The notes under the pieces are model-generated. The model was not told where the DNA came from. It saw only the letters and a program-made list of their open reading frames with translations, and did no database searches. This document shows positions 43,930 to 54,565 of a DNA stretch of 63,381 nt, in pieces. The stretch is taken from the NCBI GenBank assembly GCA_041665085.1, contig JBAYJO010000005.1:1-63381 (forward strand). Direction: 5' to 3'. The first letter of the stretch is position 1. Every line of letters starts with the position of its first letter. The translations under genes and the position numbers were made by a program. This DNA is from Patescibacteria group bacterium (GTDB taxonomy: Bacteria > Patescibacteriota > UBA1384 > JBAYJO01).

Positions 43930-45621
43930 ATGAAAAAATGGATTATTGCAGAAAAAAAATCAGATGATGTTATTGAGCAAATTTTAATAAATAGAAAAAT
44001 TACTGCTGGTGAAAAACAGCTTTTTTTAAATCCAAGTTATAATATTGATCTTCACAATCCAAGACTTTTAAGTGATGCACCGGAAGCTGCAAAAAGAATA
44101 ATTGATGCGATAGAAAAGAAAGAGAAAATTGGAATTTTTGCTGATTATGATGCTGATGGAATTCCGGGGGGCGTTTTACTGTATGAGTTTCTAAATAAAA
44201 TAGGAGCAACTGATGTGTTTTGGCATGTTCCAGAGAGAAGCGATGGATATGGGCTTTCAAATGATACAATTGATTTATTTATCCAAGAAAATGTGAATTT
44301 AATAATTACAGTTGATGCGGGAATTACTGCAAAAGTTGAAGTAGCGTATGCAAAGAAAAATAATATTGAAGTGATAATTACTGATCATCACGAAATCCAA
44401 AAAGACAAATTACCAAAAGATTGTTTAATTATTAACCCAAAATTAAGTTCAAAATATCCTTTTAAAGATTTATGCGGAACAGGAGTTGTATTTAAGCTTT
44501 GCCAGCTTATATCTGAAATGGTTCCAGATAAAATAAATCCGGATCAAATGAAATGGTTTTTGGATTTAGTGGCTATTTCCACGATTTGCGATATAGTGCC
44601 GCTTTTAGGAGAAAACAGAGTTTTGACAAAATTTGGGTTAATTGTTCTTAGAAAAACAAAAAGAATCGGTCTTAAATCTTTGTATAAGATAAGCGCAATT
44701 GATCCAGAAAAAATAGATCCTTATGTTGTTGGTTTCCAGATCGGTCCAAGAATTAATGCAGGAGGAAGACTTAAAAATAGCAAGGCCGCATTTAAGCTAT
44801 TAATTGAAAAAGATGAAATAATTGCTGATAACTTAGCCCAAGAGTTAAATAAAATAAATATTGAACGGCAGGAAGTATTGAGTGAGGCAATTCTTAAGGC
44901 TATTTCTAAAATAGAAAAACAAGATTTAAGTAAAAATAAAATTTTGATGATTAGTGATGAAACATGGCCAGCCGGAATAGTAGGATTAATTGCGGGAAAA
45001 ATTGTTGAAAAATATGGTCGTCCTGCAATTGTGCTTGGAAAAGATGAAGAAAATCTGGTTGGATCAGCCAGATCAATTGATGGGTTCCATTTAATTGAAG
45101 ATTTATCTGAAGTAGCTGATATGATGATAAGGTTTGGAGGACATAGTAAAGCTGCCGGATTAACATTTAAAGAATCAGATTTTGATAATATCTACGCAAA
45201 AATATTAAAAATTGCTGAAGAGAAATTATCAAATGAAGATTTGGTACCAAGTATACATATTGATTTAGTCTTAAAACCAATTGATGTAAATATTGAACTT
45301 ACAGATCAGCTAAAATTTTTAGAGCCTTACGGACTTGGTAATTATAAACCGATTTTTGCAATGGAAAATGTTGTAATATCTGACGCAAAAACAATTAGTG
45401 AAAATAAACATTTAGTTTTAAAATTAGCATCAAAAGAAGGTGGGATTTTAGAAACATTTAACAGTATTGGTTTTAATATGGGAGAATTAAATTTTAAAAG
45501 TGGAGAAATTATTGATGTTGCATTTTATCTGGAACAAGATGAGTGGGCTAAAAAAAACGGCCGTATGAGTGTACAATTAAAATTAGTTGATATTAAAAAA
45601 TCAGGTGAAGAAATAAAATGA
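43930..45621 (+). CDS. recJ: Single-stranded-DNA-specific exonuclease RecJ
   Basis: DHH motifs (IFADYDADGI, ITVDAGI, ITDHH) and a DHHA1 motif (GGH..AAG). Confidence 0.9.
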   Translation: MKKWIIAEKKSDDVIEQILINRKITAGEKQLFLNPSYNIDLHNPRLLSDAPEAAKRIIDAIEKKEKIGIFADYDADGIPGGVLLYEFLNKIGATDVFWHVPERSDGYGLSNDTIDLFIQENVNLIITVDAGITAKVEVAYAKKNNIEVIITDHHEIQKDKLPKDCLIINPKLSSKYPFKDLCGTGVVFKLCQLISEMVPDKINPDQMKWFLDLVAISTICDIVPLLGENRVLTKFGLIVLRKTKRIGLKSLYKISAIDPEKIDPYVVGFQIGPRINAGGRLKNSKAAFKLLIEKDEIIADNLAQELNKINIERQEVLSEAILKAISKIEKQDLSKNKILMISDETWPAGIVGLIAGKIVEKYGRPAIVLGKDEENLVGSARSIDGFHLIEDLSEVADMMIRFGGHSKAAGLTFKESDFDNIYAKILKIAEEKLSNEDLVPSIHIDLVLKPIDVNIELTDQLKFLEPYGLGNYKPIFAMENVVISDAKTISENKHLVLKLASKEGGILETFNSIGFNMGELNFKSGEIIDVAFYLEQDEWAKKNGRMSVQLKLVDIKKSGEEIK

Positions 45622-46910
45622 AAAAAGATATTATTTATATTTGTGAAGAATGTGGAAATGAATTTTTGAAATGGAACGGGAAATGTGATGTTTGCGGAGC
45701 TTGGAATAGTTTGAAAGAATTGAAATCAGATTTAGGTCATGGCATTCAAAAAGTTGAACCAGCTGAAAGCTATATTTTTTCAGACATAAAAACAGAAACA
45801 ATAAAAAGAATCGATACAAAAATTGATGAGCTAAATAGAGTTTTGGGAGATGGTATTGTGCCTGGATCGGTTATTTTATTAGGAGGAGATCCTGGAATTG
45901 GAAAATCAACACTAGCACTTCAGTTGGCGCTTAAAATTCCCAATGTATGTTACGTGACAGGGGAAGAATCATTGAATCAGATTGGAATTAGATTTGAAAG
46001 AGTTTCCAAGAATAAAAATAAACTTGATAAGAATTATTTAATTGCTGAAACGAATTTAGATTCAATTGAAAAAACTATTTTAAAATTACGGCCAAGTCTT
46101 GTTGTAATTGACTCAATTCAGACGATGTATTTAGAAAATTTTCCATCAGCTTCAGGTAGTTTAGTTCAAGTTCGAGAAAGTGCTTTAAGAATAATTAAAA
46201 TGGCAAAAAGAGAAAATATTGCGACAATTATTATTGGACATGTTACAAAAGACGGTGATATAGCCGGTCCTAAAATTCTTGAGCATATGGTTGATGTCGT
46301 ATTGTATTTAGAAGGCGAAAGATATCATGATTTAAGAATTTTAAGAGGACTTAAAAATAGATTTGGCGATGCAACTGAAATTGGAATTTTCAAGATGGAT
46401 GGAACTGGACTTGTTGAAATGCCTAATCCGTCTTCTGAATTGCTTGCCGAAAGGTTGGGAGGACCGGGATCAATTGTTACAGCAACTATCGAAGGAACGC
46501 GTCCATTTTTAGTTGAAATTCAGGCTCTTGTTAATCAATCCATTTTTGGTTATCCAAAAAGATCTGCTTCCGGACTTGATGTACAAAGACTTGATCTGCT
46601 TCTTGCTGTTATGAAAAAATTTAAAGTCAATCTAAATTCTTTTGATGTGTATTTAAATGCAGTGGGCGGAATGAAAATTAAAGAACCTGCAGTAGATTTA
46701 GCTATTATTGTTTCACTTGCTTCTGTGCTTTTTGACAAGTCTGTTAATAAAAATTTATGCATTTTTGGCGAAGTAGGATTATCCGGAGAAATTAGAAAAG
46801 TAAGACATCAAGAAAAAAGAGAAAATGAAGCCTTGAGATTGGGCTATGAAATATTGCCGAAATTTAAATCTCTTGATAAATGTTTGAGTTTTTTATTTGA
46901 TAAATTATAA
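45618..46910 (+). CDS. radA: DNA repair protein RadA/Sms
   Basis: An N-terminal zinc finger (YICEECGNEFLKWNGKCDVCGAW), Walker A GDPGIGKST, KNRFG, and a Lon-like C-terminal domain. Confidence 0.9.
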   Translation: MKKDIIYICEECGNEFLKWNGKCDVCGAWNSLKELKSDLGHGIQKVEPAESYIFSDIKTETIKRIDTKIDELNRVLGDGIVPGSVILLGGDPGIGKSTLALQLALKIPNVCYVTGEESLNQIGIRFERVSKNKNKLDKNYLIAETNLDSIEKTILKLRPSLVVIDSIQTMYLENFPSASGSLVQVRESALRIIKMAKRENIATIIIGHVTKDGDIAGPKILEHMVDVVLYLEGERYHDLRILRGLKNRFGDATEIGIFKMDGTGLVEMPNPSSELLAERLGGPGSIVTATIEGTRPFLVEIQALVNQSIFGYPKRSASGLDVQRLDLLLAVMKKFKVNLNSFDVYLNAVGGMKIKEPAVDLAIIVSLASVLFDKSVNKNLCIFGEVGLSGEIRKVRHQEKRENEALRLGYEILPKFKSLDKCLSFLFDKL

Positions 46911-49667
46911 AATATTTATGTTGTATTGAGTGGACGATTTATTTTCATTGCCATTAATATCAATAGGTCTAAGAGTAAAATAGTAAGTTCCAAGAGAAAG
47001 TCCTGTTATGGTATAATTTCCTACTGATGAAACTGTTGAGCTTACTTTGGCGATTTGAGATCCAACTGACCCAGATATTTTAGATTGATAAATTGCAACT
47101 GATTCTAGATCGGAATCAATTGGATTTGTCCATTGAATTGTGGCAGAACCAGACCCAGCGGTCGAAGTAATCTTAACATTTGTTGCATTTCCAGGAGCAG
47201 TTGAGTCGCTTGCTACTTTAAAGTTTATACTGGATTGTCCAGTTAGACTTAATTTATTGGTTGCTGAAACTTTAAGCGTGTGTGAGCCACTGGCGAGTTT
47301 TGAAAAATCATAAGATAAAGAATAAGGAGCAGCTGATTTTTCTCCGATTGAAACATTATCAATATAAAATTGAACCAATTCAATGTCGTAACCCGAAGTT
47401 ACATCAACATTAATCATTGTTGTTGAGGAAAGAGTTGAATCAGCTGGAGGAGAGGAGATACTTACTTTTGGTTCATTGTCAGGGGTATATTCATCACATT
47501 TTTCTGTTGGAGGCACTGAACCCATTCCATGCTCTTCTGCCCAAATTCTGACAACGCCTTCCCAATTGGAAAGCGAAGGCATCTCCGAGTGAACATTGGT
47601 AAATGTTTTTATTTCGGTTTGATCATCAGGAGTTAAATCTGTGGCAATTTTACCAGATGATTTACAAACGCGTAAGGTTACATTTACATCATCATGATCT
47701 TTGGGAATTTGCCATTTCGTGAAAATATCTTTAACAAATTCTTTTGACGCATCAGTTGGTAATTTGTTTGAATATTTTTCTACTGTTATTTCTTCGATTC
47801 CGGCTGGCCGCGCGAATTCTTCATTTTCTTTATCTTTTAATGCTAGGTCCATATATTGATGAAATATTGGCGCTGCAATAACTACACCATCAGCCATATT
47901 GTTCATTGGTTTGTTATCGTTTCGGCCAACCCATACGCCAGCTGCAATTGAAGGAGTATATCCTACTGTCCATGCATCCATAAAATTTTGTGTTGTTCCT
48001 GTTTTTGCGGCAACTGTTCTTTCAGGAAAATGAAGTGGTGAATTAGTTCCAAAAACCATGCCGCGAGCGTTGTTGTCGGAAAGAACATCGCTTATTTCGT
48101 ATGCGACTTGAGGATCAAGGACTTCTTTTTGTTTATCTGATTTATTTTCTTTAATAATTTTTCCATCTTTATCTTCAATTTTTAATATTGATGATAAAGG
48201 AGAATTCTTGCCTTGGTTGCCAAAAGTTGCATAAGCATTGGTTAGATCGACGAGTTTTACTTCTCCGCCGCCAAGAACTAAAGATAATCCATATCTTGCT
48301 CTATCATTTAAGGAAGTAATACCTATATCATGCGCAGTGTCGATGGTTTTATCGATTCCAGCTAAATACAATGTTTTAACAGCAGGAATATTTAATGAAT
48401 TCTGAAGCGCTGTTCGCATGCTAACCGGTCCATTAAAACTGCCGTTAAAATTTTGTGGAGAATAATTACCGAAATCAGTTGGCAAGTCAAACAATGTATA
48501 AGCTGGGTTGTATTTTCCTTTGAAAGCTGTTGCGTATGCAATTGGTTTAAACGATGATCCAGGTTGCCTTAGAGCAATTGTTGCGTTGTAGTTACCGTTA
48601 TTTTCTCTGTTAAAATAATCAATTGATCCGACCATGGCTAGAATTTCGCCGGTTTTTGTATCGATTGAAACAAGAGAAGCATTATCGCCATTATATTTTT
48701 GAATTTTTGCAGTATTATCTTGAATTGCTTGTTCGGCATATTTTTGCTTTTCAATATCTAAAGTGGTGTAAACTCGAAGTCCTCCGTTTTCAACAATATC
48801 TTGTCCATATTCAGTTTCGAGTTGCTCTTTTACATACATTACAAAATGCGGTGCAAGTATTGCCTCGTGTTTTGGTTGGATTTGAGCTAAAGTATCATCT
48901 TTTGTTGCACTGTCATATTCTTCTTGAGTGATATAGCCTTGATCCAGCATTTTTTTAAGAGTAGAATTGCGACGATTTATTAATTGATCTGTATGCGTGC
49001 CATATGGTGAATAATAAGTTGGTCTTTGAGGTATGGAAGCGAGAATAGCTGCTTGAGGTAAGGTTAGATCTTTTGCTCTTTTATTAAAATAATAGTTTGA
49101 AGCTGCTTCAATGCCATAATTGTTATTACCATAAGGAATTTCGTTGAGATAAAAGGCCAATATTTCTTCTTTTGAATATATTTGTTCAAGTTCAATTGAA
49201 AGAATTAGTTCTTTTATTTTTCTTGATATGTTTTGCTTTGGACTAAGAAGAGCATTTTTTACAAATTGTTGAGTAATCGTTGATCCGCCGCCGGCAGAAG
49301 GTTTTCCTAATATCCTGTATATCACTGCTCTGCTGAATCCGCGATAATCAAATCCAAAATGGTGATAAAAATTTTTATCTTCAAGTGCGACTGTAGCATC
49401 TTTTATGTCTTGAGGTATTTCAGCAAAATCAATAGATGTTCTTCGTTCATTGCCGAAAACATTATATAAAGAATTTCCATTTCGATCCATTATAACTGTT
49501 GATTCTGAAGATTTTCTATTGATGATTTTGCCTTTTCGAGGTAGATCTTTACTAAACCAAATAAAAAGTATGGCAATTAATATTAACCCGGCGATTAAAA
49601 CTTTAAAGCTGAAGCGCAATAAATTCTTTGGTGTAAAGAATTTTTTTATAGAACGTTTAGTCGGCAT
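46905..49667 (-). CDS. Class A penicillin-binding protein (PBP1A-type) with C-terminal Ig-like/FN3-like extension
   Basis: Glycosyltransferase motifs EDKNFYHH, GGSTITQQ and RKIKE, and transpeptidase motifs SSFKP, SLN and KTGTT. The last roughly 250 aa are beta-rich repeat domains. The start is ambiguous (ATG at 49667, 49697 or 49742). Confidence 0.85.
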   Translation of the reverse strand: MPTKRSIKKFFTPKNLLRFSFKVLIAGLILIAILFIWFSKDLPRKGKIINRKSSESTVIMDRNGNSLYNVFGNERRTSIDFAEIPQDIKDATVALEDKNFYHHFGFDYRGFSRAVIYRILGKPSAGGGSTITQQFVKNALLSPKQNISRKIKELILSIELEQIYSKEEILAFYLNEIPYGNNNYGIEAASNYYFNKRAKDLTLPQAAILASIPQRPTYYSPYGTHTDQLINRRNSTLKKMLDQGYITQEEYDSATKDDTLAQIQPKHEAILAPHFVMYVKEQLETEYGQDIVENGGLRVYTTLDIEKQKYAEQAIQDNTAKIQKYNGDNASLVSIDTKTGEILAMVGSIDYFNRENNGNYNATIALRQPGSSFKPIAYATAFKGKYNPAYTLFDLPTDFGNYSPQNFNGSFNGPVSMRTALQNSLNIPAVKTLYLAGIDKTIDTAHDIGITSLNDRARYGLSLVLGGGEVKLVDLTNAYATFGNQGKNSPLSSILKIEDKDGKIIKENKSDKQKEVLDPQVAYEISDVLSDNNARGMVFGTNSPLHFPERTVAAKTGTTQNFMDAWTVGYTPSIAAGVWVGRNDNKPMNNMADGVVIAAPIFHQYMDLALKDKENEEFARPAGIEEITVEKYSNKLPTDASKEFVKDIFTKWQIPKDHDDVNVTLRVCKSSGKIATDLTPDDQTEIKTFTNVHSEMPSLSNWEGVVRIWAEEHGMGSVPPTEKCDEYTPDNEPKVSISSPPADSTLSSTTMINVDVTSGYDIELVQFYIDNVSIGEKSAAPYSLSYDFSKLASGSHTLKVSATNKLSLTGQSSINFKVASDSTAPGNATNVKITSTAGSGSATIQWTNPIDSDLESVAIYQSKISGSVGSQIAKVSSTVSSVGNYTITGLSLGTYYFTLRPIDINGNENKSSTQYNINIL

Positions 49668-49787
49668 CTTAAAATGAAATTTTTTGTAAAATACCATATA
49701 TTTTTTAGTTAGCTTTTCCTTTACATTATAGCAAATTGTCAATATAATTTAAATAGTTTTGATAACCAATTCATTAGCGGGAAAAAA

Positions 49788-50984
49788 ATGAAATACAATG
49801 AACTATTAACCAGATCAATTGATAAGATTTACCCAACAAAAGAAGAATTTGAAAAAGTTCTGCTGACAGGGAAAAAATTAAGAATTTACATGGGAATTGA
49901 TCCGACGGCAGACTATGCTCATCTTGGTCATTCTACAAATTATATTATTTTAAAAAGGTTTCATGATCTTGGACATAAAATAATTGTTTTAATTGGTGAT
50001 TTTACGGCTATGATTGGTGATCCTAGTGATAAAGGCGGTTCCGCAAGAGTTAGATTGTCTAAAGAACAGGTTAAAAAAAATGTAAAGACGTTCAAAGATC
50101 AAATTGGTAAAATTCTTGATTTTAAAGACAAGAAAAATCCAATTGAATTTCGTTTTAATTCAGATTGGTTATCTAAATTAAATTTTGAAAATTTGATTGA
50201 GCTGGCTTCTAATTTTACTGTTCAGCAAATGATTGAAAGAGATATTTTCGAAAAGAGAATCAAGTCTAATAAACCGCTTTATGTTCATGAGTTTTTTTAT
50301 CCTTTGATGCAAGGTTATGATTCAGTGGAGCTAAAAGCGGATGTTGAAATAGGTGGAAGTGATCAAACCTTTAATATGTTGGCCGGCAGGACATTAGTTA
50401 AAAATTACTTAAAAGGTGAAAAATTTGTGATTACGACCACTCTTTTAACGAATCCGGTTACAGGTGAAAAATTGATGAGTAAATCCCTTGGCACGGGGAT
50501 AGGGTTGAATGAGTCTTCGAAAAATATGTTCGGGAAAATTATGGCTTTGCCAGATGAGGCAATTGTCCAATGTTTTGTTGATTGTACTTATTTGTCTATG
50601 GGAGAGATAAATAAAATCGAAAAAGGTTTAAGAAAAGGGGATAATCCAAGAGATGCAAAAATACTATTGGCTTATGAAATTGTTAAAATTTATCATGGTG
50701 AAAAAATAGCTAAGCTTGAACGAGATAATTTTGATAAAGTGTTTTCAAAAAAAGAATTGCCGGATAAAATTACTGAAATTATTGCTGAACTTAGAGAATG
50801 GAAATTAGTTGATCTATTGTTATTTTTAAATTTCGTCTCTTCAAAAGCAGCTGCTAAAAGATTGATTGTTCAAGGAGGAGTAAAGATTGATTCCTTAAAA
50901 ATAACAGATGCAGATGCGGTTATAACTACTTATAGTGGAATGATAGTTCAAGCGGGCAAATTAAAATTGGTTAAGATTAAATAG
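49788..50984 (+). CDS. tyrS: Tyrosine--tRNA ligase
   Basis: GIDPTADYAHLGH (HIGH-type), GGSDQ, KLMSKSLG (KMSKS) and a C-terminal S4-like domain (AAKRLIVQGGVKID). Confidence 0.85.
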   Translation: MKYNELLTRSIDKIYPTKEEFEKVLLTGKKLRIYMGIDPTADYAHLGHSTNYIILKRFHDLGHKIIVLIGDFTAMIGDPSDKGGSARVRLSKEQVKKNVKTFKDQIGKILDFKDKKNPIEFRFNSDWLSKLNFENLIELASNFTVQQMIERDIFEKRIKSNKPLYVHEFFYPLMQGYDSVELKADVEIGGSDQTFNMLAGRTLVKNYLKGEKFVITTTLLTNPVTGEKLMSKSLGTGIGLNESSKNMFGKIMALPDEAIVQCFVDCTYLSMGEINKIEKGLRKGDNPRDAKILLAYEIVKIYHGEKIAKLERDNFDKVFSKKELPDKITEIIAELREWKLVDLLLFLNFVSSKAAAKRLIVQGGVKIDSLKITDADAVITTYSGMIVQAGKLKLVKIK

Positions 50985-51004
50985 TTATTTTAAATTATAT
51001 TTTG

Positions 51005-51192
51005 CCAAAGGGCAGGGGGCTCTTTTCGATGTCGCCCCCTAGCCCTCTGATGACTCCTTACCCCTACACGACTTTTTCAGAAGCATAAAAAATCACTTTC
51101 TTCCTGATAGACACTCCTTGTTCTGATCCTGTTATCACAGGCAGACAAGGTTTCTATTGGAGCGAAAGTGATTTTTTATTTTCTGAAAAAGG
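51005..51192 (+). repeat. Composite hairpin element, copy 3 (covarying relative)
   Basis: Module A is aagggcagggggc...gccccctagccct. The stem of module B, ataaaaaatcactttc / gaaagtgatttttta, replaces ataaaaaaatacttat / ataagtattttttta of copy 1, and pairing is preserved. Confidence 0.75.
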
Positions 51193-51205
51193 TAGGATTT
51201 ATTCA

Positions 51206-51235
51206 TTTTAAATTTAGTTTAAACTAAATTTAAAA
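51206..51235. terminator. Perfect 30-nt AT palindrome between convergent genes (a candidate bidirectional terminator)
   Basis: ttttaaatttagttt|aaactaaatttaaaa lies between tyrS (+) and 51250-53406 (-). Confidence 0.4.
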
Positions 51236-51249
51236 TTGAAAATTGAATA

Positions 51250-53406
51250 CTATTCTAATGTTGTTTCTAGGACTTGAGTGTCGTTTAAAACCCAAACTTT
51301 TTTGCTGGATGATTGAATAAAAATATCTTTAATATTAGTGGTATTTGATGGGAAAAGATATTGGGAAACAAATTTGCCATTTTTATCAAATTTGATAATT
51401 CTTGGTCCAATTGTATCTTTTTCTCCCCCATCTACAATATATAGGTCGCTAGAATTTTCAGTAGCAAATATTTTGAGTCCGGAATATATGTGATCATAAG
51501 GAGCAGGAATGCCAGTTATTGTAAAGTTAGTTTTTTTACCTTTTGCATACTGAATAACATCTCCAGATTTTTCCAGAATAAATATTTGTCCGTCAACATC
51601 CCATGAGATTGGATCAGATAAAGTTGTTTTATCTGTTATATATTGAAAAGCATCTCCGTATTTTGTACTACTTGTTGCAGCATATTTTACAATTGTGTTA
51701 TTTAGCGCATCAATTAAATATAGATTTTTTCCATATTGTAGAATATTGGCAGCTTGAACCCAACCGGTTGTAGATTCGATTTTTATAGAAGATGATGTTT
51801 TAAGATTGTATGAATATATTTCATTTTGTCCAGTTTCTATAAATAAAGTATCTGTGCCATCAAAATAAATAGCTCTTGCCGGGGTTGTGCTTCCGGTTAA
51901 AATTATTTTTGAAGTGGGTTCGTTTTTAAGATCCGGTTCGATGGTTGAATTTGTTTTATTGTTAAAACCAATGACTTTATTATTGTATATAAATATACTG
52001 TCAGAACCGGTGTAATTAGAATTTTTTGAAAAAGTTAAAATTTTAGCATTTATGCTTTTTGCAATCAATTCATCGGTTTTTGCAGATAGTTCATCTTTTT
52101 TATTGGAATCAGAAATATTTGATTCGCTGATTAATGTTTTTGCTTGAACCAATAAATCCACTGCTTTTTGAGTTTCATTAAAAACTAACATTTTGTCGGC
52201 ATCTGTTAATAGTTGTTCGATTTGGGTGATTGATTCATTTTTATTAGCTTGATCGTCGCCTTTTGATGATTTGTTGTTAAAAATTAAGCAAATTACAATA
52301 ATAATTGAAATTGTTGCAACTATGCCATATAAATATTTTGGATGATTAATAAGCCACCGATAAATTTTAGAAATTATTTTTTTCCATTTAGGATCAGCAT
52401 AATGTGAAACAACATATTTTTTTTCATTTGGTATTATCTGATCTCGTCCCTTGGGTTTGATTTTGTCTAGTATAGGTGAGAATTTTTCTCCAGTTTTTGA
52501 AGATGTTTCACCAATCTTTTTGCCGGTAATTTTAGAAATTTTCATAACTAACGGTAGAGCCTTGGTTTTTAAAAAGTGGGTAATTTTTTTTGAACCAGAT
52601 GCAGTCATTTTCCCGAGCTTTATAGCATTTGGTTTAATGTGGGTATTGTAAATTTTTTTAGATGTAACTAAATACGATTCTAATGGCTGATCAAGATATA
52701 TTGTGTCAGGGAAATCTTCAAGAATAGCATTTTCTGAAGAATTTTTATCCAGAGTTTCTAAAATGATAGCATTTATATTTTTTATTTTTTGTTTTTTTAA
52801 AATCTTGGCAATTTCAAAAATACCTTCTTTTGGGGTAAGTGTTTTAACTATGTGTTCTAATTTTTCTCGTGGAATAAAACGTATTATTTCAGAATTGGAA
52901 ATAAAAATTTTGTCATTTGATTCAATGTTTCCGCTGGCAATGTTAGAAAAAGTTTTTAAAGGATGCGTTTCTCTATTTTCAGTGCTAAAAGATAAGTCAT
53001 TGATTGAATTGTTTCTGATTAGGAAAGCATTAGTTGAACCGGTTTGGGCGATGTGGAGATCATTGTCGCAATTTAAAACTAAAATTGCGTTTAAGTTACC
53101 GATCCAATCAGTTTCGCCGTTTTGAGTCATTTGAGCTAATGCTTCATTAACTTTTTTAAGAGAATATTCAAAATTTGTTAAATTTGAGGAGTCCTCACTT
53201 TTATAATAGTAACGAAGTAAAGTATTTATTATGACCTGCCCGATTTGTGCTGCATTTACCCAAGGATTTTTGATTTCAACTAATAAATATAAATTTCCCT
53301 TATTGATTAAATCAGGAGTTGTTGGTTGATTAATTTGGCTACTTAAAAATCTGTCTTGTAGTTTTCCTAGATTTGTAATTCTTGCAAATCTCGTCTGGTA
53401 ATCCAT
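51250..53406 (-). CDS. Large membrane protein: cytoplasmic PP2C-like domain, one TM, extracytoplasmic beta-rich domain
   Basis: 718 aa. The N-terminal part (LNAILVLNCDNDLHIAQTGSTNAFLIRNN ... NDKIFISNSE) resembles degenerate PPM/SpoIIE phosphatase blocks. The TM is LYGIVATISIIIVICLIF. The C-terminal roughly 300 aa are repetitive beta strands. Confidence 0.35.
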   Translation of the reverse strand: MDYQTRFARITNLGKLQDRFLSSQINQPTTPDLINKGNLYLLVEIKNPWVNAAQIGQVIINTLLRYYYKSEDSSNLTNFEYSLKKVNEALAQMTQNGETDWIGNLNAILVLNCDNDLHIAQTGSTNAFLIRNNSINDLSFSTENRETHPLKTFSNIASGNIESNDKIFISNSEIIRFIPREKLEHIVKTLTPKEGIFEIAKILKKQKIKNINAIILETLDKNSSENAILEDFPDTIYLDQPLESYLVTSKKIYNTHIKPNAIKLGKMTASGSKKITHFLKTKALPLVMKISKITGKKIGETSSKTGEKFSPILDKIKPKGRDQIIPNEKKYVVSHYADPKWKKIISKIYRWLINHPKYLYGIVATISIIIVICLIFNNKSSKGDDQANKNESITQIEQLLTDADKMLVFNETQKAVDLLVQAKTLISESNISDSNKKDELSAKTDELIAKSINAKILTFSKNSNYTGSDSIFIYNNKVIGFNNKTNSTIEPDLKNEPTSKIILTGSTTPARAIYFDGTDTLFIETGQNEIYSYNLKTSSSIKIESTTGWVQAANILQYGKNLYLIDALNNTIVKYAATSSTKYGDAFQYITDKTTLSDPISWDVDGQIFILEKSGDVIQYAKGKKTNFTITGIPAPYDHIYSGLKIFATENSSDLYIVDGGEKDTIGPRIIKFDKNGKFVSQYLFPSNTTNIKDIFIQSSSKKVWVLNDTQVLETTLE

Positions 53407-53471
53407 TTTGGTCCACTTATTTTTTTTACAATTTTGGTTAATAATCTAATCGAATATTGTTAATATTTTGT

Positions 53472-53547
53472 TGGTCGGAGTGGCCGGACTTGAACCGGCG
53501 ACCACATGACCCCCAGTCATGTGCGCTACCAACTGCGCCACACTCCG
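53472..53547 (-). tRNA. tRNA-Pro (anticodon GGG), CCA encoded
   Basis: The reverse complement is CGGAGTG TG GCGC AGTTGGTA GCGC A CATGA CTGGGGG TCATG TGGTC GCCGG TTCAAGT CCGGC CACTCCG A CCA. Confidence 0.9.
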
Positions 53548-53616
53548 GTTTGGCTGTACTAAAAGTGTAGTTTATATACTATATAAACTCAAGAAAATTA
53601 TAGCTTACCTGTGAAG

Positions 53617-54234
53617 CTAAAACAAGATAGGCGTTGTGTTGGTTAGGAAAATAAAAATATTTCCAGCAACATATTTGATAATAATAGAGATGAGAGGCGT
53701 AAAAAATAAAATTGCAATAAGAATATATATACCCATTTGTTCAAATGCAGCATAGCCCGATTCACCTAAAAATATTCTTAAAATACTTGAGCCATCAAGC
53801 GGAGGGATGGGAAGGAGATTAAATGTCATTAAAATTAAATTTATCGAGACAATTACTTGGAATAATAAATTTGTATTGGCTGGCAGGTCTAAAAATCTAA
53901 TTGGAATAGCAAAAATTACGGCAAGCAGCAGATTGCTTAACGGACCTGACACGGAGACTTTTAGCGTATCAATTGCCGGATTTTTGAAATTTCTGTCATT
54001 TACCGGTACAGGTTTGCCCCAGCCAAAGCCGGCTAAAAGTAAAAAAATACTACCGATTGGATCAAGGTGAGCCAATGGGTTTAATGTTAATCTGCCCATA
54101 TGTTTAGCTGTTGAGTCGCCTAATTTATCGGCGGCCCAAGCATGAGCAAATTCATGAACAGTTAAAGCAAGAATAAGAGCAGCTATAAAACAGAAAAAGA
54201 AAAATGGATTTGAAAACAAATTTAAAACTAACAA
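53617..54234 (-). CDS. M50-family (site-2 protease-like) membrane metalloprotease
   Basis: HEFAHAW (HExxH) in TM1 and NLLPIPPLDG later. It is a multi-pass membrane protein. Confidence 0.8.
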   Translation of the reverse strand: MLVLNLFSNPFFFFCFIAALILALTVHEFAHAWAADKLGDSTAKHMGRLTLNPLAHLDPIGSIFLLLAGFGWGKPVPVNDRNFKNPAIDTLKVSVSGPLSNLLLAVIFAIPIRFLDLPANTNLLFQVIVSINLILMTFNLLPIPPLDGSSILRIFLGESGYAAFEQMGIYILIAILFFTPLISIIIKYVAGNIFIFLTNTTPILF

Positions 54235-54324
54235 TTGACCTTTTTCTTTAATTATGTTATTATTGGATAGATTTATATTTATATTAGCTAATTTTTATTA
54301 TTATTGCAATAAAGGAGCAGATAA

Positions 54325-54549
54325 ATGAACGATTGCATGCTTTGCGGGAAACATCCTGTTGTAGGACAAAATATTAGACATATTCACTCTGGTAAGTGGA
54401 AATTTAGAGCACCACGAACCAAGAGAAGTTTTAAACCAAATTTACAAAAAATGACAATTGAAGGTGTCAAGATTTTAGTTTGTACTGGTTGTATGAAAAC
54501 TCTTGCAAAACCAGTTGTAGTAAAAACTCCAAAAGAAGTAGCTGCTTAA
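54325..54549 (+). CDS. rpmB: 50S ribosomal protein L28
   Basis: C.LCGK.PVVGQNI.H......R...PNLQK parallels the bL28 N terminus (C..TGK....GNN.SH.....R.F.PNL). An SD (aaaggag) lies upstream. Confidence 0.8.
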   Translation: MNDCMLCGKHPVVGQNIRHIHSGKWKFRAPRTKRSFKPNLQKMTIEGVKILVCTGCMKTLAKPVVVKTPKEVAA

Positions 54550-54565
54550 TTAACTAAAATATTAG

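Noticed and set aside
46905-46910. The 6-nt overlap of the convergent radA and PBP1A stop codons (ttataa), considered as a possible regulatory feature
   Set aside because: This is a simple tail-to-tail stop overlap in a compact genome, and no hairpin or other signal is associated with it.
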